Positions 17,411-27,324 are shown, counted from the first letter of the stretch. The stretch is 64,000 nucleotides of DNA from Minisyncoccota bacterium (GCA_035353995.1 DAOQAL010000001.1:145464-209463); one strand, 5' to 3'. Notes: generated from the letters alone by a model not told the origin. Made by a program: numbers and translations.

Positions 17411-18304
17411 ATGAAAACAAAAGTTTTTAAATTCGGTGGAGCTTCTAATAAAAAGGAGGTTCTTCAGGACCCAATTTTTGTTAAGATGCTCCAGAAAGAA
17501 GCAAGCAATAACACATTATTTACTGTATCGGCATTAGAAGGTGTAACTAGGTTGCTTCGTCTTATTTTTGATTCGAAAATAGAAAGATTGAATAAAGAGT
17601 TCAAAGATCTGATTATTCATCTTTCCGTTAACGAATTCGATCGTATCCACAAGGACCTCATCGATTCTATGTTTTCTGGAGTTGAAAAACATAAGGTAAA
17701 CATTAAATTTGAAGAGGTTAAAGATTCACTCATATCAGACCTTAATGGTTACAAAAAGGATGATAGCGAAGAACAATTTTATGCCAGCTTGGTGAAGCAC
17801 GGAGAACTAGCTAGTTCTTCAATTTTTAACAGCTATCTGTGCTCAATCGGAATAGAAAGTGAGCTTCTGGATGCTCGAGACTTCTTGACGACGGATAGTA
17901 ATTTTAAGGAGGCAAAGATTCTGGAGGTTAACCCAGCTCTCAAGAAAATTTTCCCGAGGAAAACTGGGGTAAGGGTTATTCAAGGTTTTATCGCTAGAGA
18001 TTCTCAAGGCCATGACACTGTGCTGGGTTTTGATGGAAGCGACTTGTCTGCTTCTTACTTTGCTGTAGAGCTTGGTGCCTTGCTTACTTATTGGAAAAAC
18101 GTCGATGGGTTTTATCAAAAAGATCCTTCGCTTTTTCCAAGCCAGAAAGATGTTCGTCGCAGGATGTCAATTTCCGAGTACGAGGAATTACCGACACACC
18201 CTATCAGATTGGATTCAGTGAAACATGCGGTGGAAAATGGTATAGTGGTTCACATGAGATCCTTTCTGCACCCAAAGGGGGTGGATGCAAGAATTTATGC
18301 GTAG
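17411..18304 (+). CDS. Aspartate kinase-like catalytic domain (amino-acid kinase family), no ACT domains
   Basis: VFKFGGAS, TVSALEGVT, GELASS, LDARDF, VIQGFIA, LGFDGSD, WKNVDGFYQKDP. Confidence 0.8.
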   Translation: MKTKVFKFGGASNKKEVLQDPIFVKMLQKEASNNTLFTVSALEGVTRLLRLIFDSKIERLNKEFKDLIIHLSVNEFDRIHKDLIDSMFSGVEKHKVNIKFEEVKDSLISDLNGYKKDDSEEQFYASLVKHGELASSSIFNSYLCSIGIESELLDARDFLTTDSNFKEAKILEVNPALKKIFPRKTGVRVIQGFIARDSQGHDTVLGFDGSDLSASYFAVELGALLTYWKNVDGFYQKDPSLFPSQKDVRRRMSISEYEELPTHPIRLDSVKHAVENGIVVHMRSFLHPKGVDARIYA

Positions 18305-18328
18305 TATAAAACACCTTAATTGGTATTC

Positions 18329-18361
18329 ACCCTGGACGGTTTTCGCCGACCAGGGTTTTTT
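18329..18361 (+). terminator. Terminator of the aspartokinase-like cassette
   Basis: ACCCTGG-ACGG..CCGA-CCAGGGT plus T-tract. Confidence 0.8.
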
Positions 18362-18383
18362 ATTTTTTCAACTGAAGTTGTAT

Positions 18384-18412
18384 TTGACATTAATTTTTTA
18401 ATTTGCTACTAT
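18384..18412 (+). promoter_or_regulatory. sigma70 promoter of tuf-S10 operon
   Basis: TTGACA-17 nt-TACTAT with extended TG. Confidence 0.8.
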
Positions 18413-18532
18413 CATAGCAACTGCACTTTGGCAGTTTTTATATTGCATTTTTATTATTAATTAATTTTTATTAGTAGCTAGGCCTTAGCAACAGTTCTCG
18501 TATGTTAAGTTTTAGTTATTAACTATAAATAT

Positions 18533-19726
18533 ATGGCAGAAGAATTTAAAAGAGACAAGCCGCACGTAAATGTCGGTACTATCGGTCACGTTGACCATGG
18601 TAAAACAACATTAACCGCAGCTATTTTACATGTTTTAAATATGGGAGGTAACGAGGTCCGCCTAAGAGGAGTTGACCAAATTGATAATGCTCCTGAAGAA
18701 AAAGCTCGTGGAATCACTATTAATATTTCCCACAATGAATATTCTACTGCAACACGTCACTATGCACACATTGATGCCCCAGGACACGCTGACTATATTA
18801 AAAATATGATCACCGGTGCTGCTCAAATGGACGGTGCTATTTTGGTTGTTGCTGCTACTGATGGTGCTATGCCACAAACTCGTGAACACGTTTTGCTTGC
18901 AAAACAAGTTGGAGTACCAAGGATTATCGTATTTTTGAATAAATGCGATATGGTTGATGATAAAGACATGATTGATATGGTTGAAGAAGAAATCCGTGAA
19001 CTTCTAACAAAACAAGGTTTTGATGGTGCAAATGCTCCAGTAATTAGAGGCTCAGCTTTGAAAGGACTTGAAGCATCATCTCTTGATGATGAATGGGCAA
19101 AGAAGATAATTGAATTAACAAATGCACTTGATACTTATATTCCAGTTCCAGAAAGAGATACTTCAAAACCATTTCTTATGCCTGTTGAAGATATTTTCTC
19201 AATTGAAGGACGTGGAACAGTTGTAACTGGTAAAATCGAAAGAGGAGTTATAAAAGTTGGAGAAGAAGTTGAAATTGTTGGAATTAAACCTACACAGAAA
19301 TCAACAGTTACTGGTATTGAAATGTTCAACAAGAATCTTCAAGAGGGTATGGCAGGAGACAATGCTGGAGTATTGCTACGTGGTTTGAAAAAAGAAGATA
19401 TTACACGTGGACAAGTATTAGCAAAACCAGGAACAGTTACTCCACATGATAACTTTACTTGCGAAATTTATGTTCTTAAAAAAGAAGAAGGTGGAAGACA
19501 CACTCCTTTCTTTAAAGGATATAAACCCCAATTTTATATTAGAACAACTGACGTTACTGGAGATGTAACATTGGCTGAAGGTGTAGAAATGGTTATGCCT
19601 GGAGATACAGCAAAACTTACAGTTAAGCTTGTAACCCCAGTAGCACTTGAGGAATCAATGAAATTTGCAATTCGTGAAGGTGGTAAAACAGTTGGTGCAG
19701 GAGTCGTTACAAAAATCATTGCTTAA
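18533..19726 (+). CDS. tuf: Elongation factor Tu
   Basis: [34 protein letters not shown]. Confidence 0.99.
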   Translation: MAEEFKRDKPHVNVGTIGHVDHGKTTLTAAILHVLNMGGNEVRLRGVDQIDNAPEEKARGITINISHNEYSTATRHYAHIDAPGHADYIKNMITGAAQMDGAILVVAATDGAMPQTREHVLLAKQVGVPRIIVFLNKCDMVDDKDMIDMVEEEIRELLTKQGFDGANAPVIRGSALKGLEASSLDDEWAKKIIELTNALDTYIPVPERDTSKPFLMPVEDIFSIEGRGTVVTGKIERGVIKVGEEVEIVGIKPTQKSTVTGIEMFNKNLQEGMAGDNAGVLLRGLKKEDITRGQVLAKPGTVTPHDNFTCEIYVLKKEEGGRHTPFFKGYKPQFYIRTTDVTGDVTLAEGVEMVMPGDTAKLTVKLVTPVALEESMKFAIREGGKTVGAGVVTKIIA

Positions 19727-19750
19727 TACATAAAAGATTAGTCATTAGTC

Positions 19751-20164
19751 ATGACAACAACAGAAATAGAAACAAAATCAAAAATAAAAAAAGCAAAAGC
19801 CGTTTCAAAACCAAAAGCAACAAAGGTTTCGAAAGCAAAGATGAAAGGTGAAGAAGGAAAAGTAATTCTTCGCATAAGAGTCAGAGCTTATGAAAACAAA
19901 ATCTTAGATGCTTCTGCAAAGCAGATTATGGATACAGCAATGCGCTACGATGCTACCATTGTTGGCCCTATTCCTTTACCTACAGAAATAAAAAAGTATA
20001 CAGTTAACCGTGCTTCCTTTATTTACAAAAATACGCGAGAACAATTTGAAATAAGGGTTCATAAAAGACTGATTGATATTATTAATCCTAGCGCCAAAAC
20101 GATTGAAGCGCTGACAAATCTTTCTCTTCCTTCCGGGGTTGATATAGATGTAAAAATGTTGTAA
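19751..20164 (+). CDS. rpsJ: 30S ribosomal protein uS10 with Lys-rich N-terminal extension
   Basis: GPIPLPT, REQFEIRVHKRLIDI, LPSGVDI. Confidence 0.95.
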   Translation: MTTTEIETKSKIKKAKAVSKPKATKVSKAKMKGEEGKVILRIRVRAYENKILDASAKQIMDTAMRYDATIVGPIPLPTEIKKYTVNRASFIYKNTREQFEIRVHKRLIDIINPSAKTIEALTNLSLPSGVDIDVKML

Positions 20165-20180
20165 GAGAACCTAAATAGTT

Positions 20181-20795
20181 ATGAAATTTATTCTTGGAAA
20201 AAAAGAGAATATGACAGAATACTTTTCCCCAGAAGGAGAGGTTGTTCCTGTTACAATTATTTCTGCAGGACCTATAACTGTAACTAGAGTTTTTGAAAAA
20301 TCGAAAGATGGTTACAATTCTGTTCAAGTTGGTTTTGAAGCACAAAAAAAACAAAGAATTAATCGTGCAAATATTGGACAAATGAAAGGAGGTTTTTATA
20401 AAACACTCAAGGAGTTTAGATTAAAACCAATAGATGCAACAGAAGTAAAAGAGGGAGATGTTATAGATGTTTCTATCTTTAATCCTGGAGACAAACTTCA
20501 AGTTTCCAGCATATCAAAAGGTAAAGGATTCCAAGGAGTTGTAAAACGCCATGGTTTCGGAGGAGGTCCAAGGTCTCATGGTCAAAAACATTCAGAAAGA
20601 GAGCCAGGTTCAATAGGAGGAGGTTTACGAACGCACGTTCCAAAAGGAATGAGAATGGCTGGACGTATGGGATCTGATAAAATAACACAAAAGAATTTAA
20701 AAGTTATTTTTGTTGATAAGGAAAATAATACAATTTTAGTAAAGGGTGCCATTTCAGGAAAGAGAGGTACTTTAGTTGAAATAGTTTCAAGATAA
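20181..20795 (+). CDS. rplC: 50S ribosomal protein uL3
   Basis: SKGKGFQGVVKRHGF, GMRMAGRMG. Confidence 0.97.
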   Translation: MKFILGKKENMTEYFSPEGEVVPVTIISAGPITVTRVFEKSKDGYNSVQVGFEAQKKQRINRANIGQMKGGFYKTLKEFRLKPIDATEVKEGDVIDVSIFNPGDKLQVSSISKGKGFQGVVKRHGFGGGPRSHGQKHSEREPGSIGGGLRTHVPKGMRMAGRMGSDKITQKNLKVIFVDKENNTILVKGAISGKRGTLVEIVSR

Positions 20796-20799
20796 AAAT

Positions 20800-21459
20800 A
20801 TGGAATCAATAATATACAACCAAAAAGGAAAAGAAGCAGGAAAGATAAAACTTCCAGAAAAAGTTTTTGCTGCAAAATGGCGTTCTGATTTAGTTCATCA
20901 GGTTGTAGAAGGTATGCGTTCAAACAAGCGTGCTGGTACAGCAGATACTAAAGGACGTGGAGAGGTAAGTGGAGGAGGAAAAAAACCATGGAAACAAAAA
21001 GGAACAGGACGAGCAAGACATGGTTCTACTAGATCACCAATTTGGGTTGGTGGAGGTGTTACACATGGTCCTCTTGCAGAAAAGAATTACAAGAGAAAAA
21101 TTTCAAAAACTATGAGAGCGCAAGCATTATTTTCTGTGCTTTCAAAAAAAATGAAAGAAGACGAAATAGTTTTTGTTGATTCTTTGGAAATGTCTGGAAT
21201 GAAAACAAAAGATGCAGAAGATGTAATGAAAAATTTAGCAAAAGCATCAGGAAAAAGACCATTGGCAAATGCAAAAAATGCAAAAGTTTTAGTTGCATTG
21301 TCAGGTAGAAATGAAAAAACAGAAAAAAGTTTCAGAAATCTTTCTCAGCTTGAAATAGTTTTTGTAAAAAATTTAAATCCAGTTGATGTTTTGAATTACA
21401 AATATCTATTGATAGAAAAACCTGAAGAAAGTGTAAAGTTTTTAGAAAATAGAGGATAA
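20800..21459 (+). CDS. rplD: 50S ribosomal protein uL4
   Basis: GGGKKPWKQKGTGRARHG. Confidence 0.97.
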   Translation: MESIIYNQKGKEAGKIKLPEKVFAAKWRSDLVHQVVEGMRSNKRAGTADTKGRGEVSGGGKKPWKQKGTGRARHGSTRSPIWVGGGVTHGPLAEKNYKRKISKTMRAQALFSVLSKKMKEDEIVFVDSLEMSGMKTKDAEDVMKNLAKASGKRPLANAKNAKVLVALSGRNEKTEKSFRNLSQLEIVFVKNLNPVDVLNYKYLLIEKPEESVKFLENRG

Positions 21460-21471
21460 TTTTAAATAAAA

Positions 21472-21750
21472 ATGACAAACGCAGTAAAAATAATTAAAAA
21501 TCCAAGAATTACAGAAAAAGCTTCTTTTAATGCAGAACATAATGCATATACTTTTGATGTATCTAAAGATGCAAATAAGACCGAAATCAAAAAAGCAATT
21601 TTTTCTTTGTATAAAGTGCATCCTACAAGAGTAAATATTTTAAAAATACAAGAAAAAAGAGTTACATCAAGAGGAATAAAAGGAGTAAAAAGTGGAGGTA
21701 AAAAAGCAGTCGTATATTTAAAAGAAGGAGACAAAATAGAATTTATCTAA
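21472..21750 (+). CDS. rplW: 50S ribosomal protein uL23
   Basis: PRITEKA, ANKTEIKKAI, KKAVVYL. Confidence 0.95.
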   Translation: MTNAVKIIKNPRITEKASFNAEHNAYTFDVSKDANKTEIKKAIFSLYKVHPTRVNILKIQEKRVTSRGIKGVKSGGKKAVVYLKEGDKIEFI

Positions 21751-21751
21751 T

Positions 21752-22600
21752 ATGAAAACCTATAAACCTACAACGAAATCAAGGAGACAGATGACCAATG
21801 TGACTTATCGTGGAGTTTTGACAAAAACAGAACCAACTAAGTCATTAACTCATGGTTTCAGACGTTCTGTTGGGCGCAATAGTCAAGGAAGAGTAACTAC
21901 TCGTCACAAGGGCGCAGGACATAAGCGTTTGTATCGTGAAGTTGATTTTCTTTATAATAAAAAAGATATTCCTGCAATTATAAAAAGTGTTGAGTATGAT
22001 CCAAATCGTTCAGCATTTATTGGTCTTGCTGTATATAAAGATGGAGAAAAAAGATATGTAGTTTTGCCAAAATCAATAAAACCAGGAGATTCTTTTATAG
22101 TTTCTGAAAAGGCAGAATTAACACCTGCAAATAGGCTACCTTTAAAAAATATTCCTGTTGGAACATTCGTTTACAATATTGAATTAAAACCAAGAGGAGG
22201 TTCCAAAATCGGACGATCTGCAGGTATATTTGCACAAGTTGTTGCAAATGCTGATGGTTATACAAACTTAAAAATGCCTTCATCAGAAATAAGAAAAATA
22301 TCAGAAGAATGTTGGGCATGCGTTGGAACAGTTTCGAATGAAGAACATCACTTAGAAAATTATGGAAAAGCAGGACGATCTAGATGGAAAGGAATTCGTC
22401 CTACTGTTAGAGGTACTGCAATGAATCCAGTTGATCATCCATATGGAGGAGGTGAAGGAAGACAAGGCCGTGGAACTAAGCGTCCAAAGACGATGTGGGG
22501 TAAGGTTACAGGTGGAAGAAAAACTAGACACCCAAAGAAATATTCTAATATTTTCATTGTAAGTCGCCGAAAAACAGGAAAAGGAAGAAAATCTCAATAA
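21752..22600 (+). CDS. rplB: 50S ribosomal protein uL2
   Basis: EYDPNRSA, RPTVRGTAMNPVDHPYGGGEG. Confidence 0.98.
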   Translation: MKTYKPTTKSRRQMTNVTYRGVLTKTEPTKSLTHGFRRSVGRNSQGRVTTRHKGAGHKRLYREVDFLYNKKDIPAIIKSVEYDPNRSAFIGLAVYKDGEKRYVVLPKSIKPGDSFIVSEKAELTPANRLPLKNIPVGTFVYNIELKPRGGSKIGRSAGIFAQVVANADGYTNLKMPSSEIRKISEECWACVGTVSNEEHHLENYGKAGRSRWKGIRPTVRGTAMNPVDHPYGGGEGRQGRGTKRPKTMWGKVTGGRKTRHPKKYSNIFIVSRRKTGKGRKSQ

Positions 22601-22611
22601 AATAAAAAATA

Positions 22612-22641
22612 AAAAAACACCAATAAGATTGGTGTTTTTTT
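22612..22641 (+). terminator. Terminator after rplB, splitting the S10 operon
   Basis: AAAAAACACCAAT-AAG-ATTGGTGTTTTTT. Confidence 0.85.
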
Positions 22642-22668
22642 GACAATTTTTGTTATAAGGAGTAATCT
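22640..22668 (+). promoter_or_regulatory. Promoter of the inserted cassette
   Basis: TTGACA-17 nt-TAATCT; the -35 overlaps the terminator T-tract. Confidence 0.65.
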
Positions 22669-22703
22669 AACAAAAAAAGTTCTTAACCAAAAAAATCAAC
22701 GAC

Positions 22704-23105
22704 ATGAAAACAGAGAATATAGTACTAAATTCTTTTTATTTTTTTGAACTCTATGTGTTTGATAAAAGCAGTGTTATGGGTTTAGCCTATAAACCAGACA
22801 TTGATATCAAAAAATTAAAAGAAGACGGTGTTTTTGATGCTGTTGCCTTTGGTGTTGTTAATCAAATAAAAACACAAGAAGGTTATATAACCAATGGCAA
22901 AATCCGTAATATGTTTAATAAGGTTTGGAATATCGTAGATTTTAAATTAAGTTTTAACAAACTTGAGTTCACGTGTGAATCAGAAAAAGAACTTTCACTG
23001 GATTTTGTTTTTCCTCTCAACAAAAATGGTTTCTTTAGAGGAACATGTTGTGCGAAAGGAGGTAAGAACTTAGAGTGCATATCCATAGTTAGAGATGTTC
23101 CTTAG
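22704..23105 (+). CDS. Hypothetical protein inserted between rplB and rpsS
   Basis: 133-aa ORF with its own promoter and terminator; no recognisable domain. Confidence 0.65.
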   Translation: MKTENIVLNSFYFFELYVFDKSSVMGLAYKPDIDIKKLKEDGVFDAVAFGVVNQIKTQEGYITNGKIRNMFNKVWNIVDFKLSFNKLEFTCESEKELSLDFVFPLNKNGFFRGTCCAKGGKNLECISIVRDVP

Positions 23106-23161
23106 GAATTCTTTGATGCCATGTTTGTGGAATAGCACGTATTTTCAGTGCTTTGTTTTGT

Positions 23162-23193
23162 AAAAAAGGGTGGTATGTAGTGCCGCCTTTTTT
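23162..23193 (+). terminator. Terminator of the inserted cassette
   Basis: AAAAGGGTGGTA...TGCCGCCTTTTTT. Confidence 0.65.
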
Positions 23194-23266
23194 ATTTGAT
23201 AAATTAGTGAAATTTTATCAATTTTAGAATAAATATTATTAATATGGTTAGAATTAATTACTAAAT

Positions 23267-23294
23267 TTGACTTTATTTTGTAATTTGCTATTAT
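23267..23294 (+). promoter_or_regulatory. Promoter of rpsS-rplE
   Basis: TTGACT-16 nt-TATTAT with extended TG. Confidence 0.7.
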
Positions 23295-23333
23295 GAAAGT
23301 CAGCTCGTTACGGGCTTTTTATTTAGTTAAAAT

Positions 23334-23681
23334 ATGACCAGATCAATCAAAAAAGGAATAAATGTAGATGAGAAACTGCTAAAGAAAATAGCAGGCAAAA
23401 ATCCGTTACAAACTCCAGTTATAAAGACATGGAAAAGAGCATGCCAAATTGCTCCAGAAATGGTTGGTTTCACTTTTGGAGTTCATAATGGAAAACAACA
23501 TGTTGAAGTGTTAGTAACAGAAGATATGGTTGGTCATAGACTTGGTGAATTTTCACCAACAAGAAAGTTTATTAAGCATGGAGGTAAAATGCAGAAAGAA
23601 CTTGAGCAAAAGAAGAAAGAAGCTGAAATGGCTCAAGCAAAAGCCGCTTCTTCTGCAGCCACCGATGCAAAGAAAAAATAA
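23334..23681 (+). CDS. rpsS: 30S ribosomal protein uS19 with C-terminal extension
   Basis: [20 protein letters not shown]. Confidence 0.97.
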   Translation: MTRSIKKGINVDEKLLKKIAGKNPLQTPVIKTWKRACQIAPEMVGFTFGVHNGKQHVEVLVTEDMVGHRLGEFSPTRKFIKHGGKMQKELEQKKKEAEMAQAKAASSAATDAKKK

Positions 23682-23715
23682 TTTGATAAATTCACTATAA
23701 ATAATTTTTAAAACA

Positions 23716-24186
23716 ATGAAGGCATTTTTAAAAAACTACAGACAGTCTCCAAGAAAGGTTCGCTTAGTTGCAGATCTTGTAAGAGGGAAAAAAGTAGATG
23801 AAGCAGTTGCTCAGCTTGATTTTTTGCCTAAAAGAGCTGGTTTTCCAATCAGAAAACTTTTGCTTTCAGCTATTGCAAATGCAAAAGCAATGGGTATTGA
23901 AAAGGAGAATTTATTTATAAAAGAAATAAGAGTTGATAAAGGTATAGTGATGAAAAGAATGATGCCAGCAGCTATGGGCTCTGGTCATAGAATAAATAAA
24001 CGTACTAGTCATATAGAAATAATTCTTGCTGAAAAAACTATTGTAGCTAAAAAAGAAAAAAAGGAAACAAAAGAAAAAGTTGTAAAAACAGATAAAAAAG
24101 AAGAAAAAGAAGAAAAAGTAAAAACAAAAAAGATTATTAAGAAAAGCAGTCCTGCTTCGTCAAAACTTCACGGAGTAAAAAAATAA
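23716..24186 (+). CDS. rplV: 50S ribosomal protein uL22 with Lys/Glu-rich C-terminal extension
   Basis: SPRKVRLVADLVRG, SAIANA, KRTSHI. Confidence 0.96.
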   Translation: MKAFLKNYRQSPRKVRLVADLVRGKKVDEAVAQLDFLPKRAGFPIRKLLLSAIANAKAMGIEKENLFIKEIRVDKGIVMKRMMPAAMGSGHRINKRTSHIEIILAEKTIVAKKEKKETKEKVVKTDKKEEKEEKVKTKKIIKKSSPASSKLHGVKK

Positions 24187-24187
24187 T

Positions 24188-24874
24188 ATGTCAAAAATAG
24201 TTCACCCATATGCACATAGATTGATAATTTTAAGAGATTGGAAATCTCGCTGGTTTGCTGATCCTAAAAAATATTGTACATATTTAAAAGGCGATGTGCT
24301 TTTGCGTGAGTTTTTAGAAAAGAAATTGCGAGGTATGTATGTTTCATCTATAGAAATAGAGAGAAGTGAAAAAATGACACGTTTTATTATAAAAACTTCT
24401 CGCCCCGGTTTGATTATAGGTAGGAATGGTGAAGGAGCAACAAAATTGAAAGAAGAAATCTTGAAAAAGATGGAAAAATTAAAGCTTAAGAAGTCAGAAG
24501 ACTTCAAGCTTGAAATAGTTGAAATAACAAATCCAGAAGCAGATGCTGCAATTGTTGCTTATATGATTGCCGAAGGATTAGAAAAAAGAATGCCTTACAG
24601 AAGAGTTATAAAACAGATTCTTGAAAAAGTTATGTCTGCTCGTGGTGTAGAAGGAGCAAGAATTCTTTTGTCAGGACGTCTTGGTGGTGCTGAAATTGCT
24701 CGTTCTGAAGAATTAAAACGAGGTTCTATACCATTACAAACATTTCGTGCAGATATTGATTTTAAAAGAGAAAGAGCAGTTTTGCCATATGGAACTATCG
24801 GAGTAAAAGTTTGGATTTATCGTGGAAAAATTTTTGCCGATAAAAATAGAAATAAAGAAGTAAATAATCAATAA
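24188..24874 (+). CDS. rpsC: 30S ribosomal protein uS3
   Basis: RPGLIIGRNG, SGRLGGAEIARSE, YGTIGVKVWIY. Confidence 0.97.
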   Translation: MSKIVHPYAHRLIILRDWKSRWFADPKKYCTYLKGDVLLREFLEKKLRGMYVSSIEIERSEKMTRFIIKTSRPGLIIGRNGEGATKLKEEILKKMEKLKLKKSEDFKLEIVEITNPEADAAIVAYMIAEGLEKRMPYRRVIKQILEKVMSARGVEGARILLSGRLGGAEIARSEELKRGSIPLQTFRADIDFKRERAVLPYGTIGVKVWIYRGKIFADKNRNKEVNNQ

Positions 24875-24879
24875 AAGTT

Positions 24880-25305
24880 ATGTTAATCCCTAAAAAAGTA
24901 AAATTTAGAAAATGGCAAAGTGATAGGATAAATCCTAAAGCAAGAACTCCGGAAACCCGTGGTATAAAACTTGCATTTGGATCTTATGGCCTTAAAGCAA
25001 CCACACAAGCAAGAGTAAAATCAAATCAGATTGAATCTGCCAGAAAAGTTATATCAAGAACTCTTACAAAAGCAGGAAAATATTGGATTCGTATTTTTCC
25101 TGACAGACCATTTACTGCAAAAGCTGCTGAAGTTGGAATGGGTAAGGGAAAAGGAGATCCAAAAGGATATTGTTTTGAAGTTTTTCCAGGTCGTATCATT
25201 TTTGAAGTAGATGGAGTTGATGAAGTTACTGCACGTGAAGCATTAAGAAAAGCAGGAACTAAACTTCCAGTTAAAACAAAAGTTATTTCAAGAATTCATA
25301 ATTAG
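24880..25305 (+). CDS. rplP: 50S ribosomal protein uL16
   Basis: WIRIFPDRP, MGKGKG, KLPVKT. Confidence 0.96.
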   Translation: MLIPKKVKFRKWQSDRINPKARTPETRGIKLAFGSYGLKATTQARVKSNQIESARKVISRTLTKAGKYWIRIFPDRPFTAKAAEVGMGKGKGDPKGYCFEVFPGRIIFEVDGVDEVTAREALRKAGTKLPVKTKVISRIHN

Positions 25306-25319
25306 CAATTTTAAACAAA

Positions 25320-25520
25320 ATGGCAAAGAAAAAAGAAAATCCAAAAGGAATGAGTAAAGACGAGTTAGAAGTTAAACTTGCTGAATTGCGAGAAAGCTTG
25401 AGAATTTTACATTTTAAAGTTGAAGGTTCTAAGTCAAAAAATGTGAAAGAAGCTCAAAGTATAAAAAGACAAATTGCTAGAGTTTTGACAGAGATAAACG
25501 CAGATAAAAAAAGTAAATAA
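25320..25520 (+). CDS. rpmC: 50S ribosomal protein uL29
   Basis: [10 protein letters not shown]; operon position. Confidence 0.9.
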   Translation: MAKKKENPKGMSKDELEVKLAELRESLRILHFKVEGSKSKNVKEAQSIKRQIARVLTEINADKKSK

Positions 25521-25528
25521 TATTTATT

Positions 25529-25810
25529 ATGAAAATAAAAGATAAAAAAGAAAATACAGAAAATAAAAATAATACCCTTAAGGGAGTAGTTGTTTCTGAT
25601 AAAATGGATAAAACTGTAGTTGTGTCTGTATCTCGTTTTGTAAAACATCCTAAGTATGGTAAATATTACAAAATCAGTAAGAAATATAAAGCTCACGACG
25701 AAGAAAATAAATATAAGACAGGAGATAATGTAGAAATAATAGAAACAAGGCCGATTTCAAAGGATAAAAAGTTTAAAGTGCTTCACATTGTTGGGAAGCA
25801 AGTAAAATAA
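25529..25810 (+). CDS. rpsQ: 30S ribosomal protein uS17
   Basis: [26 protein letters not shown]. Confidence 0.96.
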   Translation: MKIKDKKENTENKNNTLKGVVVSDKMDKTVVVSVSRFVKHPKYGKYYKISKKYKAHDEENKYKTGDNVEIIETRPISKDKKFKVLHIVGKQVK

Positions 25811-25811
25811 T

Positions 25812-26183
25812 ATGATTCAACCAGAAACATTAGTAAAAATAACAGACAATGCTGGAGGTACTCTTGGAAAAGTATTTAAGGTACTTGGAAGTTCCAAAAA
25901 GCGATATGCAACACTTGGCGAATTGGTAATAATTTCAGTTAAGGTTGCTCAACCTAGAAAAGGTGTTAAGAAAAAGGATGTTCATCAAGCTGTTGTTGTA
26001 AGAACAAGAAATGCTTATCGCAGAAAGGATGGATCTTATATTCGTTTTGACGATAATGCTGTAGTTATTTTAGAAAAAGGTAAAAAAGATCCAAAAGCTG
26101 GACGTATTTTTGGACCTATACCTAGAGAGTTAGCAGAGAAAGGATTCCAGAAAATAGTATCTCTAGCTCCAGAGGTAATTTAA
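25812..26183 (+). CDS. rplN: 50S ribosomal protein uL14
   Basis: RFDDNAVV, RIFGPIPREL, SLAPEVI. Confidence 0.97.
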   Translation: MIQPETLVKITDNAGGTLGKVFKVLGSSKKRYATLGELVIISVKVAQPRKGVKKKDVHQAVVVRTRNAYRRKDGSYIRFDDNAVVILEKGKKDPKAGRIFGPIPRELAEKGFQKIVSLAPEVI

Positions 26184-26214
26184 TAAATTATAAATTTTCA
26201 ATTAAGAATTAATT

Positions 26215-26520
26215 ATGAAACTTAGAAAAGGTGACAATGTAATAGTAACTGCAGGAAAAGATAAAGGCAAAAAAGGAAAAATTGTCAAAGCTTTGCCTAG
26301 TTTAAATAAGGTTGTTGTAGAAGGGTTGAATATGACTAAAAGACATCAGCGTCCACGAAAATCAAATGAAAAAGGACAAATTGTAAAGATGTCTATGCCT
26401 ATTCATGTTTCAAATGTTATGATAGTTGATCCAAAAACTGGCAGTGGTTCACGTATAGGTAAAAGAAAAATAGGTGATAAAATGGCTCGAATTTCAAAAA
26501 AAAGTAACCAAGAAATTTAA
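26215..26520 (+). CDS. rplX: 50S ribosomal protein uL24
   Basis: KGDNVIVTAGKDKGKKG, PIHVSNV. Confidence 0.96.
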   Translation: MKLRKGDNVIVTAGKDKGKKGKIVKALPSLNKVVVEGLNMTKRHQRPRKSNEKGQIVKMSMPIHVSNVMIVDPKTGSGSRIGKRKIGDKMARISKKSNQEI

Positions 26521-26522
26521 TT

Positions 26523-27071
26523 ATGAAACATTTAACTGTAAAAGAAAAAGAATCATTAGCATTTGAAAAAATGAAAAGTTCATTTCATTATAAAAATGCA
26601 ATGGCTGTACCAAAATTAAAAAAGATTGTTATTAATGTAGGTACTGGTACTGCTATAAAAAAAGATAAAAATAGAAATGATTTTGTTGCAGATCGTTTAG
26701 CAAAAATCACAGGACAGAAAAGTGCACCAAGAGGAGCAAAGAAATCTATCTCTTCTTTTAAGGTGAGACAAGGAGATCCAATCGGAATGGTTGTAACATT
26801 GCGTGGTGGAAGAATGTATTCTTTTTTGGAAAAATTATTAAATATTGCATTACCTCGTACAAAGGACTTTCGTGGAATTTCTCGTAGTGCTGTAGATAAT
26901 ATTGGTAATATTACAATTGGTATTAAAGAACATACAATCTTTCCAGAAACTGCAGATGAAGATATAAAAGATGTTTTTGGACTTTCTATAACAATTGTTT
27001 CAACTGCTAAAAATAATAAAGAAGGATTTACTTTTTTTGAACTCCTTGGAGTTCCGTTTAAGAAACAATAA
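26523..27071 (+). CDS. rplE: 50S ribosomal protein uL5
   Basis: PKLKKIVIN, ITGQ, VTLRG, LPRTKDFRG. Confidence 0.96.
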   Translation: MKHLTVKEKESLAFEKMKSSFHYKNAMAVPKLKKIVINVGTGTAIKKDKNRNDFVADRLAKITGQKSAPRGAKKSISSFKVRQGDPIGMVVTLRGGRMYSFLEKLLNIALPRTKDFRGISRSAVDNIGNITIGIKEHTIFPETADEDIKDVFGLSITIVSTAKNNKEGFTFFELLGVPFKKQ

Positions 27072-27087
27072 AAAATAAAAATCTTTT

Positions 27088-27112
27088 AAAAAATCCCCTA
27101 TGGGGATTTTTT
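27088..27112 (+). terminator. Terminator after rplE, splitting the spc operon
   Basis: AAAAAATCCCC-TAT-GGGGATTTTTT. Confidence 0.85.
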
Positions 27113-27194
27113 ATTTGTAAGATTAAAAATTGTTTCAAATAAATAATAAAGAAGATGTTGATACGGCTGAAGAATGTATGTCTAGAAAATATAT

Positions 27195-27223
27195 TTGACT
27201 AATAGTTGAGAATCTGCTAGTAT
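27195..27223 (+). promoter_or_regulatory. Promoter of rpsN-secY
   Basis: TTGACT-17 nt-TAGTAT with extended TG. Confidence 0.75.
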
Positions 27224-27232
27224 CTAGTGAAA

Positions 27233-27324
27233 GGGAATAGTATTTTGATTAATCCACTTTTCTCCTTATTCTTTCAAGAAAGTGAAGGAATAAGAAAAAA
27301 AGTGTGATATTGCAAAATAATCCC
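27233..27324 (+). promoter_or_regulatory. Long hairpin in the rpsN 5' leader (candidate cis-regulatory RNA)
   Basis: Nested complementary blocks GGGA/TCCC, TATTTTG/CAAAATA, CACTTTT/AAAAGTG, CTTATTCTTTCA/TGAAGGAATAAG. Confidence 0.65.
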
